Shown: positions 41,921 through 51,611, counted from the stretch's first letter. The stretch: 64,000 nucleotides of DNA from an uncultured Candidatus Binatia bacterium (GCA_964291295.2 OZ219754.1:3328001-3392000), one strand, 5' to 3'. The notes: generated from the sequence alone by a model not told the origin. Translations and numbers: made by a program.

Positions 41921-43096
41921 ATGACTGCATCCCTTTCGTTTTTTCCCGTTGGTAATGGCGACATGACGCTTGTCGAAACCGAGGAGGGCTTCAGGATATT
42001 GATCGACATGAACATCCGGGCCGCCGCGGACGACCCGGACGACGACACACCGGACGTGGCGAAGGAGCTCCGGGACAGGCTGACCCGGGATTCGCAGGAT
42101 CGGCTCCATGTGGATGCGTTGCTCGTCAGCCACCCTGATGAGGACCACTGCCGGGGGCTGTGCAAGCACTTTCACCTGGGTCCGCCGGACGAATGGTCAA
42201 AGCGTACCGACAAGATACTGATCCGGGAGGTCTGGTCGTCGCCAATGGTCTTCCGGCGTGCCTCGCGACAGGACCCGCTGTGCGACGATGCGAAGGCGTT
42301 CAACAGCGAGGCGCGGCGCAGGGTGCGCAAGCACCGTGCGTCGCGGCGGCCGGCCGGCGATGGCGACAGGATCCTCATTCTCGGCGAGGATGAAGGCGGC
42401 AAGACAGACGATCTGCAGGACATTCTGGTACGTGTGGACGACGAATTCTCACACATCAATGGTCGATATGATGGATCGATGCATGCCCGGCTGCTCGCGC
42501 CGCTGCCGGCGGCGGATGTCGATGACGAGGAGGTTCTATCAAAGAACAACTCGAGCACGATCTTGCGATTCTCGTTGAAGGGTGGCGGGATCAGGGATAA
42601 GTGCCGGTTCCTGACAGGGGGCGACGCGGAGGTCGCGATATGGGAGGAACTGTGGGGCCGTCACGGCCGGCAGGCCGACCGGTTGTCCTACTACGACATC
42701 CTGCTGTGCCCGCATCATTGCTCCTGGCACAGTCTGTCGCACTACAGTTGGGGCGAGTTGCGCAACAAGGGCGCAGTCTCGGAGGAGGCCCGGAATGCCC
42801 TGTCGCAGGCAAGGGATGGCGCAACGATCGTGGCGAGCAGCAATCCGATTGAGGACGATGACAACGATCCGCCCTGCATAGGCGCCAAGCAGACATACCA
42901 CGCCATCGCAAAGGGCGCAGCCGGCTCCTTCGAATGCGTCGGAGAGCGACCGTCGAAGAAGTCGCCCGGTGTGATGAAATTCGAGATCGGCGCGCACGGC
43001 GCACGCTTGAGGACCGCGCTCATGGCGGCGCCCGCAGTCTTCGGGGCCGGAGCCGTCGGGCGGCAGGCACTGGCGCACGGCAACGGTACGTCATGA
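41921..43096 (+). CDS. Metallo-beta-lactamase-fold hydrolase (ComEC/Rec2-like) with a Gly/Ala-rich C-terminal tail
   Basis: FFPVGNGD, LIDMN, SHPDEDH, NNSS, LTGGDAE, PHHCS; GGAGG RBS; ends GAGAVGRQALAHGNGTS. Confidence 0.85.
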   Translation: MTASLSFFPVGNGDMTLVETEEGFRILIDMNIRAAADDPDDDTPDVAKELRDRLTRDSQDRLHVDALLVSHPDEDHCRGLCKHFHLGPPDEWSKRTDKILIREVWSSPMVFRRASRQDPLCDDAKAFNSEARRRVRKHRASRRPAGDGDRILILGEDEGGKTDDLQDILVRVDDEFSHINGRYDGSMHARLLAPLPAADVDDEEVLSKNNSSTILRFSLKGGGIRDKCRFLTGGDAEVAIWEELWGRHGRQADRLSYYDILLCPHHCSWHSLSHYSWGELRNKGAVSEEARNALSQARDGATIVASSNPIEDDDNDPPCIGAKQTYHAIAKGAAGSFECVGERPSKKSPGVMKFEIGAHGARLRTALMAAPAVFGAGAVGRQALAHGNGTS

Positions 43097-45474
43097 CCCG
43101 CTCTCGGCCCAATGACGCGATCCGGCGTGCCCTTGCTCTGATCTCCGAACATCCCAACGTCCATGGAATGGATGCACCGCTGTATGACGCGACGAGGGGC
43201 GCGGCCACTGTCGACGTGACCTTCAGGGTCAACCTGCCGAGCGAGTGGCGGCGGCAGGGAGAGAGCCCCTCGGGCGTCAGGAGTCGGGAGGTCGTGCGGT
43301 TCGACTTTTCCGCCGTGTATCCCTTGTATCCACCAGCCTTGTCGCTTCGCGAGGACTTCACCAGAAATCTGCCGCACATGCAGCCGTGGATGACGGACGG
43401 ACGGCCCGTACCGTGCATTTGCGACGGCGATACGGCCGAACTGCTCCACCGGGACGGACTGGTGGGCATCCTCAACCAGATCTCCCTGTGGCTGGAAAAT
43501 GCCGCACTCGGCAAGCTTATCGACCCGGAGCAGGGGTGGGAGCCGGTCCGCCGCGACTCGTTGCACGATGTCGTTATTGCCGACGCAGGGCATTTACGGG
43601 GCTTGGTCAACCGGCAGGGCGACTGGTGATTCCTGAAGGTCAGCTACCTGAAGAGCGCCGCGCTGGATGGAAGCCATCTCTTTCATGGCCAAGTCTTGAA
43701 CGAAGTGATCAGAGTAAATCCAAAGTCGATCGGACAGCACTTTTGTGAGGCAGAACTGAATGGTCATGCCGGACTGAGCTGGGGCATTTCGCTGGCACTG
43801 GTTGCCTGGCCGGGGAAGCGACCGTCGGGCGAGGTCATTGTCAGCGACAGCTATTTCCCGGAGACGGTCGAGACCATCGACGGCATGAAGAAACGCGCGG
43901 CGATGTACGGTTGCGGCCGAGAGCTGGACGACGGGCTGCGCTGGCTCAGAAGGCGTCTGTCGGGCTGCGCGAAAGCGGGGCCGTTTCCGATGCCGGTAAT
44001 CATCCTGGTTCGCCGGCCGTTCCACCTGATCGGAAGCACGAGCCCGATTGAACTCTGCCCGTACATGGTCGAAGTCCATTTGCCCGGTCTGTTCAGTGAC
44101 GGAGGGGCCACGGCCGTACGCGCGGCGGCGCACCGCCACACAATATCCCGGCCGCTTCTCGCCGGAATGGCCGGATGGCCGTCAACGACCGATCAACCGC
44201 GCTGGACGCTCGTGGGCGCAGGCAGCCTCGGCTCGAAGATCGCCCTTCATCTCACCCGCGCGGGCAATGGCCCTGATGTGGTGGTCGATCGGTCGGTGAT
44301 GAGCCCGCACAACGCGGCCCGGCATGCGCTCGTTCCGGTAGCAGGGGACATGCAGATACTCTGGATGGATAGCAAGGCACGGAGTCTATCCCGTGCCTTG
44401 CGCGGCCTGGACCAGGACGCGACGGCGCTGTTGGCGGACGCGGTCACGATGGCGATGGACCGGCAGGACACACAAGGGGCATGGTCGGAAAAGTCCTGGG
44501 CCGTGGTGAATGCCACGGCGTCGCTTGCCGTCCGGGAAGCGATCGGCGCGAGCAAGTGCATCCGTTCGCGGGTGGTCGAGGCATCACTGTTTGCCGGAGG
44601 AGCTCTGGGGGTCATCACAGTCGAGGGACCAAGACGCAATCCGGGCACAACAGATCTGATGGCGGAATTCTACGCAGTGCTGCAGGAGGAGCCGGAGCTC
44701 TCATCCATCGTCTTCGACAACGGACAGGCACTGGCGAGACAGGACACCGGTCACGGATGCGGCTCGCTGACGCTGGCCATGTCGGATGGCCGGTTGTCTT
44801 TGTTTGCTGCGGGGATAGCCGAGTACCTGCTCTGCAGGCAGAAGGATGGACTCCCCGATGAGTGCGGAGAGGTCGTGATCGGGCGGATGTCGGACAACGG
44901 TTTGGGTGTGGCATGGCGGGCAAAGCGAATCCCACCTGTCACCGTTGTGGAAACGAAGAACGGCTCACCCTGGCACATTCATTTGCACCATCGGGCACTG
45001 TCCAAGATGCAGGCGGAGGCCGGACGCTGGCCGAATGCGGAGACTGGGGGCGTGCTCATGGGCCGGCTCTCGGAGGTTTCGCAAGTTGCCCATATCGTGG
45101 ATGTGTTGGACGCTCCAGAGGACAGCGAGCGCTCGTCCGACGAATTCATCCTCGGCAAGCAAGGCCTTGGACGAAGCCTGGAGGACTACTCAACGTCCGT
45201 CGGCTGGTCGCTCTACTGCTTGGGAACGTGGCACAGCCATCTGTCTCCGGGCGGTCCATCGCTCACGGATCGGGCGACGGCAAGAGCAGTGTCGCTGGCG
45301 CGCCTGGCACCCTCCATATTCGTGATCAGGACGCCAACGGGGTTCGAAGCGTTGACGGCGGATGGGGATGATTCCATGGTTCCGGGTGCGGATATGCTCG
45401 CAGGCGGTGAACGAGGACGTGGGAGCCGGGCCTCGCCCGTGCCGTCCGCGACGCCTGTCACTGGTGGGAGGTAG
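43093..45474 (+). CDS. Prokaryotic E2 - E1(ThiF) - JAB fusion (Cap2/Cap3-like), interrupted by an in-frame TGA at 43627-43629
   Basis: E2: YPLYPP, NLPHMQP...PVPCI, WLENAA. E1: GAGSLGSKIA, VVDRSVMSPHNAARH, VVNATAS, GHGCGS. JAB: ETGGVLMG, GTWHSH...PSLTD. Both ORF-track pieces are in the same frame with no other stop between them. Confidence 0.85.
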
Positions 45475-45479
45475 ACCTC

Positions 45480-46022
45480 ATGGACGCGTTGCTGGACAAA
45501 CTCTCCTCCTACAACATCTTCAACTACCTTCTTCCAGGCAGCCTGTTTGCAGTGATTGCGGATGCCGTGACCGGGGCCGAGTACCGCCTTGTCCAGGAAG
45601 ACATCGTAGTCGGGCTCTTTCTCTACTACTTCATCGGTTTGGTGGTCAGTCGAACAGGATCCCTGATCGTCGAGCCCATTCTGAAGGCAGTCGGATTCGT
45701 TAGGTTCGTCGAATACAGCAAATTTGTCGAAGCCTCAAGGGCCGATCCGAAGATCAACGTGCTTTCCGAAACGAACAACATGTACCGTACTCTATTCGCG
45801 CTCTTTCTTCTTCTGATACTTGTCGCTTTGTTTGACCAATTTGCCTCCTTCCTTCCTTGGCTCGTGGGCGGGTTGTCGTATATCGTCTGGACTGCTCTCC
45901 TGATAATGTTCGTGTTCGCTTATCGAAAACAGACCGACTACATCGTCAGGCGAGTCAATGAAGCCATCCATGAGGAAAAGGCCGGACCCGACGTAGGGGA
46001 TGGGAGTCAGAAGCTGTCCTGA
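45480..46022 (+). CDS. Small membrane protein with about 4 TM helices; putative accessory/effector of the E2-E1-JAB operon
   Basis: Four hydrophobic segments; GGAGG RBS within the end of the upstream gene; visibly lower GC than its neighbours. Confidence 0.75.
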   Translation: MDALLDKLSSYNIFNYLLPGSLFAVIADAVTGAEYRLVQEDIVVGLFLYYFIGLVVSRTGSLIVEPILKAVGFVRFVEYSKFVEASRADPKINVLSETNNMYRTLFALFLLLILVALFDQFASFLPWLVGGLSYIVWTALLIMFVFAYRKQTDYIVRRVNEAIHEEKAGPDVGDGSQKLS

Positions 46023-46050
46023 TCGAGAGTAACCGGGGGGAGGGACCGTT

Positions 46051-46329
46051 CAGGACTGTCCCACGCTGCATGTTTGTGCGGGCGGTGAGGTTTGGGTCAG
46101 GCACTGGCGTTCTTGCGCTGGGGTAGTCATAGTATGGGAATATTGGAACGGATCTGCGATGGGTCGAGCGCGATCCACTGTGAGGCTCCGGAAGGGTACT
46201 CGCTGTTGGAGGTGGAGGTTTGTCTGATGACAGCCGGGGGAGCGTCTGGACTGGGACGTGCTGATGGACACGCATCCTCATCCGGGCTTTCGCCGTCTGG
46301 CAGGCTGCGACCTTCAGAGGCCGTTGGCC
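46051..46329 (+). mobile_element. Truncated left end of the same ISAs1-like family as the element at 14029
   Basis: Shares caggactgtcccacgctgc, caggcactggcgttcttgcgctg, gggacgtgctgatggaca and ccttcagagg with about 14029-14353. Confidence 0.85.
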
Positions 46330-46501
46330 AGGAGTCTGCGCCGCACAAAATTTTCGTGGGACAGATATCCACCAGAATCCCGCTTGGCGCCCAATTCATG
46401 TCCAATAATGGGACAAGGCTACACGTTTCTGGCATTTTGGACGAAAATCCGGTCATGCTCTCCCACCGGTTGCATCCCGAAGCGTCCTGCGGCACAGGCT
46501 C

Positions 46502-47527
46502 CTAGCAGGTCACGCCGTACAGCCGCTTGGCCGAATCGGCCAGCAGCCACTTCTTCTCCTCGGGAGACAGATCTTCCCGGCGGCCGAGCTGGTCGATGTT
46601 CTCGGGGAACTCCATGTCCCAGTGCGGAAAGTCGGAAGCGTAGTAAAGCACGTCCGGGCTCAGGAACCTGGCGGTCTCGCCGACAAAGGGCTCGTAGTCC
46701 TCGGCGTGAAAGTAGATGTTGCCGCCGCGCACGTACTCGCTGGGTCGCTTCTTGCAGAGCGGCGCTTCCGCCTGGCCGCGCTTCTCCCATTCCTCGTCCA
46801 TGCGCCCGGCCCAGTAGGGTGCCCACGAGCAGCCGGCCTCCATGAACGCCACCCGAAGATCGGGGAAGCGGTCCATCACGCCGCGAAAGATCATGCTGGT
46901 CATCTGCATCATCTGGGCGAAGGCGTGGGACAGGGTGTGCACCTCGATGAACCGGTCGAATCCGTCGGCGCCGAAATACTGCGGCCCGCGCACGGTGGCG
47001 TGCACGCCCACCATGCAGTCGAGCCTCTCTGCCTCCTCGTAGATGGGCCAGTAGTCCTGGTGTCCCAACGGCAGCCGCAGCCCCACGGCCGGCAGCATGA
47101 GTCCGGTGAGGTGCAACTCCCGGACCGCCCGGCGCAACTCCTTGACCGCCTCGGGCACGTCCTGAAAGGACACCAGCGCCACCCCCTTGAGCCTGGGGCT
47201 GACCTTCTGGAACTCTTCGGAGACAAAGTCGTTCCAGGCCTTGCAGAGGGCCACCGCAAGGTCCGGCTCGCGGATCCAGCCGATGCCCAGGCCGCCCGTC
47301 GGATAGAGGTAGGCGGTGGTGAGCCCGCCGTCGTCCATGGCGTCAAGCCAGGTTCTGGCGTCACACGCCGTCGTCCCCAGCGTCCCGCCGATGGAGCGGT
47401 CCCAGTTGTCTATCGGGTAGAGGGTGGCGGTGCGGTCCACCCAGGGCGCCTCCATGTATTTCTTGAGCTGCGCGTCGGTCTCGGTGATGTGTCCGTCCGC
47501 ATCAATGACTTCGACGTCTCTGGCCAT
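46502..47527 (-). CDS. Amidohydrolase family protein (Amidohydro_2)
   Basis: IDADGH, LYPT, AWND, VGVH, FPDLRVAFMEAG, YASDFPHWD. Confidence 0.9.
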   Translation of the reverse strand: MARDVEVIDADGHITETDAQLKKYMEAPWVDRTATLYPIDNWDRSIGGTLGTTACDARTWLDAMDDGGLTTAYLYPTGGLGIGWIREPDLAVALCKAWNDFVSEEFQKVSPRLKGVALVSFQDVPEAVKELRRAVRELHLTGLMLPAVGLRLPLGHQDYWPIYEEAERLDCMVGVHATVRGPQYFGADGFDRFIEVHTLSHAFAQMMQMTSMIFRGVMDRFPDLRVAFMEAGCSWAPYWAGRMDEEWEKRGQAEAPLCKKRPSEYVRGGNIYFHAEDYEPFVGETARFLSPDVLYYASDFPHWDMEFPENIDQLGRREDLSPEEKKWLLADSAKRLYGVTC

Positions 47528-47817
47528 GATTCCTCCTCGACGGATTGCCGAAAACCGGCGCAAGCTGCGCCCGATGGCCCTGCCGGCCACCCTTCCGTGA
47601 ACACGCCGGGAGACTCTACGGCCACCCGCGCCGCGCTGTCAACCGTGCTGGAAAGGCCAGGGACGACAACGTGTTCGTCCCGAAGTCCCGGCCGGTGCCG
47701 GACCCGGACGGTTACGGACTGGCCGTCGCGATCCCGCGGCGCTGACCGAAGAACGCCAATTTGTTATATCGATATTCGATATCGGAGCCGTGCCGACCCG
47801 ACAGCGGGAGACCCGCA

Positions 47818-49029
47818 ATGTCCGACCGCCGCCTGCTTACGCGCATTGCGTTGCGAAACTACAAGAGCATCGGCGCCTGCGATGTGAAGCCGGCGCAGCT
47901 GTCCTTCCTCGTCGGGCCGAACGGCTCCGGCAAAAGCAACTTCCTTGATGCACTCCGATTCACCGCGGAATCCCTCGGTTACTCCATGGACCACGCGCTG
48001 CGCGACCGGGGCGGCATCGGAGATGTCCGCCGGCGCTCGGGCGGCCACCCGACCCATTTCGGCATTCGGCTCGAATTCGCACTTGAGGAATGGACCGGCT
48101 ATTACGCTTTCACGGTCGGGGCCATGAAGCGGGGCGGCTATGAGATTCAGAAGGAAGAATGCCGCGCCGCACCGCGAAACGCCCTCGGCGAGCACCGTTA
48201 CCGAGTCGAGCGGGGCCGTGTGGTCGAAAGCACCTTCGCGACTCCTCCCATTGCCGCCGCCGACCGGTTGTATCTCGTCACGGTCTCGGGTCTGGAGCCC
48301 TTCCGCGCGGTTTACGAATCTCTGGCAACCACCGGTTTCTACAACCTGAGCCCGGAGGCGATCCGGGACCTCCAGCCGCCCGACCCGGGAAAGCTTCTGG
48401 AGCGGGACGGGAAAAATCTGGCCAGCGTCCTGCACAACCTTTCCGAGAACGCTCCCCACTTCAAACAAAGAATCGAGGACTATCTCGGAAAGGTGGTTCC
48501 CGGGATTGCCGGCGTCGAGCGGCGCGCCTTGGGGCCAAAGGAAACCCTGGCATTCCGCCAGAAGGTTCGAGGGGCGCGACATCCCTGGCAGTTCCTTGCC
48601 GGGAACATGTCGGATGGCACACTGCGCGCCCTCGGCATTCTGGTGGCGCTGTTCCAGAGCCGCGCGCAGGACCATGGGAGGCGCCGGCTCGTCGGCATCG
48701 AAGAGCCGGAGATCGCGCTGCATCCCGCCGCCGCCGGCGTGCTGGTGGACAGCCTCCGGGACGCCGCCGAGCATACCCAGATCCTTGTCACCAGCCACAG
48801 CCCGGAACTGCTCGACAATTCGGACATATCGGCGGACCAGATCATCGCGGTCACGGCGGAAAGCGGCGAAAGCCGCATGGGACCGCTGGACGAGACCGGA
48901 CGGTCGGCGTTGAGAGATCGTCTTTACACAGCCGGCGAATTGCTCAGGCTGAACCAACTCGACCCGGTCCCGTCGCTCTCAAGACCGGGTGTCCGCCAAA
49001 TGGACCTGTTCGGCCCGGTGGCCGAATGA
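47818..49029 (+). CDS. ABC-type ATPase (AAA_21/AAA_15-like)
   Basis: LRNYKSI, GPNGSGKSN, MSDGT, IEEPE, VTSHS. Confidence 0.9.
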   Translation: MSDRRLLTRIALRNYKSIGACDVKPAQLSFLVGPNGSGKSNFLDALRFTAESLGYSMDHALRDRGGIGDVRRRSGGHPTHFGIRLEFALEEWTGYYAFTVGAMKRGGYEIQKEECRAAPRNALGEHRYRVERGRVVESTFATPPIAAADRLYLVTVSGLEPFRAVYESLATTGFYNLSPEAIRDLQPPDPGKLLERDGKNLASVLHNLSENAPHFKQRIEDYLGKVVPGIAGVERRALGPKETLAFRQKVRGARHPWQFLAGNMSDGTLRALGILVALFQSRAQDHGRRRLVGIEEPEIALHPAAAGVLVDSLRDAAEHTQILVTSHSPELLDNSDISADQIIAVTAESGESRMGPLDETGRSALRDRLYTAGELLRLNQLDPVPSLSRPGVRQMDLFGPVAE

Positions 49030-49628
49030 TGCGCAGGACCGTCCTGGCCATTGTGGAAGGACATGGCGAGGTGTTCGCGCTGCCGGAGTTGATCCGGCGC
49101 ATCGCCCGTGAGGTGTCGCCGGATGTTGTTGTCGAGACGCCCCGGCCCTTCCGGCTGCCGCGCAACAGGATGGTGAAAGATGGCGAATTGGAACGCGCCG
49201 TCACGCTTGCTTCGCGCAAGGCGGGGACCGGCGGATGCATTCTGATATTGCTCGACGCCGACCGCGACTGCCCGGCGGAGCTCGCCCCGCGGCTTCTTGC
49301 CCGCGCTGTGGCGGCCTGTCCGGGCCGGGACATCCGTGCGGTGGTGGCCACGACGGAATACGAAGCCTGGTTCCTGGCAGCCGCCCGCTCGCTCGCCGGG
49401 AAGAACGACCTCGACGAAACCCTTGAGCCGCCGGATAGTCCCGAAGCAATCCGGGACGCCAAGGGCTGGCTCAGCGCCAGAATGCCGCGTGGCCGGAGTT
49501 ATCGGGCAACGCTCCACCAGGCAGCGCTCACGAAAACCTTCGACATGACGGCCGCGCGTCGGCTTTCCCCTTCCTTCGATAAATTGTGGCGGGACATCGG
49601 AAGCCTTCTCCGGCCGCCGCCAGCGTAA
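49026..49628 (+). CDS. DUF4276-like TOPRIM-fold protein
   Basis: IVEGHGE, LLDAD.DCP, EYEAWFLA, SPSFDKL; ATGA overlap with the ATPase. Confidence 0.8.
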   Translation: MMRRTVLAIVEGHGEVFALPELIRRIAREVSPDVVVETPRPFRLPRNRMVKDGELERAVTLASRKAGTGGCILILLDADRDCPAELAPRLLARAVAACPGRDIRAVVATTEYEAWFLAAARSLAGKNDLDETLEPPDSPEAIRDAKGWLSARMPRGRSYRATLHQAALTKTFDMTAARRLSPSFDKLWRDIGSLLRPPPA

Positions 49629-49629
49629 G

Positions 49630-49800
49630 CCCGCAGTTTCGGCACAGATGGCAGGCGACCGTGTGGGGCTTCGCGACGTGGCGAAGCCCCGTGGATTCGA
49701 CCCGGGAGCGTTCCTCCGCATGGGGGACGGCGTGTGCGGAAGTGGCAGCCGGACCGGCGGTTGATCGGACTTGGCACATCGCCATGGAGCAGCGTCTTTT
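49630..49800 (-). pseudogene. Fragment of an oligopeptide ABC ATPase C-terminus
   Basis: LHGDVPSPINRRSGCHFRTR and HTVACHL in shifted frames. Confidence 0.7.
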
Positions 49801-49837
49801 TCCAGCGCAATCGCAGGTAGGGTACCGCCTCGGCCAA

Positions 49838-49896
49838 GCGCCCGTCACTCGCCGCGCCACCGCGGCGTCCGCTTCTCCACGAAGGCTCGTGCGCCC
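49838..49896 (-). repeat. 59 bp diverged copy of the enoyl-CoA hydratase 3' end (partner at 53914-53972)
   Basis: Manual alignment gives 53/59 identity; encodes GARAFVEKRTPRWRGE* versus GAQAFVEKRAPQWRGE*. Confidence 0.9.
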
Positions 49897-49971
49897 ACGA
49901 CGGGTTTTGTCAGCCTGGTGATAAGCGTGAAGTGGTGGCGACGCTGACCATTTCATTTTCGATATGGCAGT

Positions 49972-50334
49972 ATGTCGGTCATGGCGAAGCTGCCGGCGCT
50001 CGATTCGTCCATTGATCTGCACGCGGTCAAGGTGCTTCCAACCTTGGGTTCGCACGAGCACCGGGACCGAATGTTCGAGGCGCATCACGGTACGCAGCGG
50101 GGTTACGCTGTGAACGAGGATCTGGCGCTGATGCCCGGGCTCCTTTTCCACACCGCGGCGCCGATGCACAGCCGCGAGAACATGCGCGCCGTGGCGGAAG
50201 GGGTCGGGGCAATGGACTGCGAAAAGGCAGCGTACTGGCTGGACATGGCGACGCACCGCAGGTATCCGCGCCGGGCACTGGCGTCGTTGCGATGCCGGCT
50301 GCCGGTGCCCGAGACGAGGGAGTGGCGATCATGA
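49972..50334 (+). CDS. Small, probably 5'-truncated protein resembling the accessory gene of DUF499/DUF1156 defence operons
   Basis: VNEDLAL..GLLF...AEGVGAM..E.AAYWL.MA.HRRYPRRALASLR (family recalled, not searched); stop overlaps the start of the next ATPase. Confidence 0.5.
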   Translation: MSVMAKLPALDSSIDLHAVKVLPTLGSHEHRDRMFEAHHGTQRGYAVNEDLALMPGLLFHTAAPMHSRENMRAVAEGVGAMDCEKAAYWLDMATHRRYPRRALASLRCRLPVPETREWRS

Positions 50335-51611
50335 AGCTGGAGCGTGTGGAGATCGAGAACTATCGTGCCATTGAGAGGCTCGATCTGCCGCTGAACCCCG
50401 GTTTGACCGTGTTTCACGGGGACAATGCGCATGGCAAGACCAGCGTCCTGAGCGCGATTGCGACCGGTCTCGGGAGCATTCCCATGCTCCTGCCCGGTGT
50501 GTCGGGGGTTGGTTTTCGCAGGACCGACGGTCACGACCCCTGGCGGGAGGTGAGGGTCGGACTGACGGCCCTCGACGGTGTGGCATGGGACCGGCGCATG
50601 CGCGGACCGCGGCGAACGACAGTCAGGCGGGATTTGAAGGACGCCATGGATGCCATCGCAAGTGCGGACCGGGAGGGAGCGGAACCTGTTGTCCTGCCCA
50701 TCGTGGCCTTTTACGACACCGACCGGGCGGTGTTCGATCAACCGCAACGTCGGAGAGGGTTCAAGGCCGAGTTTCCACGCTACGCGGCGTTGCAAGGCGC
50801 GCTATCCGCTCGCACCGATTTTCGGGACTTCTTCAAGTGGTTCTATGCCAAGGAGAACGAGGAACTCCGGGAGCAAAAGGAACGCCGGGACTTCAACCAT
50901 CGGCTCAACGATTTGAAGGCCGTGCGCAGGGCCATCGAAACCATGGTCCCCGGTGTATCCGGCCCCCGCATCGAACTCCGTCCCCTCCGGTTTGTCGTCT
51001 CCGTCGAGCCGAACGAGGGCAAACCGGAAAAGCTCTCGCTCGACCAGTTGAGCGGGGGTTACCGGATCATGCTCGCACTGGCGGCCGACCTCGCGCGGCG
51101 GATGGCCCAGGGGAATCCCCATCTCCACGATCCTCTCCAGTCGGAGGCGGTCGTGCTGATCGACGAGGTCGAACTGCACTTGCACCCTTCGTGGCAGCAA
51201 CGGATTCTCGCCGATCTCGCGAAGACCTTCCCCAATACCCAGTTCATCGTTTCCACCCACAGCCCGCAGGTTCTGACCACCGTCAAGCCGCAAAATATCG
51301 TGGAGCTTCGGCGGGAGCAGGGCAGAATCGTGGCCGTGCCGGCGTCTACCTCGGCCCCGACCTACGGCGCGGAGGCCGGTGATGTGCTGGCGACCGTGAT
51401 GGGAGTGGACGAACGGCCGGGCGGCAACGAGTTCTCGAAGAAGCTGGCGCGTTATACGGAACTTGTTGCGGATGGCAAGGGCGATTCCCCGAGCGCCGTC
51501 AGCTTGCGGCGAATACTGAACGAGTTGTCGCCGCGCGATCCCGCACTCGACCGAGCCGACATCGAGATCAGGCGGCGCAATCTGCTCAAGCGCATGGACC
51601 GATCCCGGTGA
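50331..51611 (+). CDS. Septu PtuA-like ABC ATPase
   Basis: IENYRAI, GDNAHGKTS, QLSGG, ADLARR, VLIDEVELHLHPSWQQ, FPNTQFIVSTHSPQ. Confidence 0.85.
   Translation: MKLERVEIENYRAIERLDLPLNPGLTVFHGDNAHGKTSVLSAIATGLGSIPMLLPGVSGVGFRRTDGHDPWREVRVGLTALDGVAWDRRMRGPRRTTVRRDLKDAMDAIASADREGAEPVVLPIVAFYDTDRAVFDQPQRRRGFKAEFPRYAALQGALSARTDFRDFFKWFYAKENEELREQKERRDFNHRLNDLKAVRRAIETMVPGVSGPRIELRPLRFVVSVEPNEGKPEKLSLDQLSGGYRIMLALAADLARRMAQGNPHLHDPLQSEAVVLIDEVELHLHPSWQQRILADLAKTFPNTQFIVSTHSPQVLTTVKPQNIVELRREQGRIVAVPASTSAPTYGAEAGDVLATVMGVDERPGGNEFSKKLARYTELVADGKGDSPSAVSLRRILNELSPRDPALDRADIEIRRRNLLKRMDRSR

Noticed and set aside
43627-43670. Selenocysteine recoding of the in-frame TGA
   Set aside because: The position is in an inter-domain linker, not at a catalytic Cys. 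Only a 4-bp stem (aggt/acct) follows, which is too weak to call a SECIS.
41921-45474. Canonical type II CBASS
   Set aside because: No CD-NTase (no GS...DxD nucleotidyltransferase motif) is present in or near the operon; the first gene has a metallo-beta-lactamase fold.
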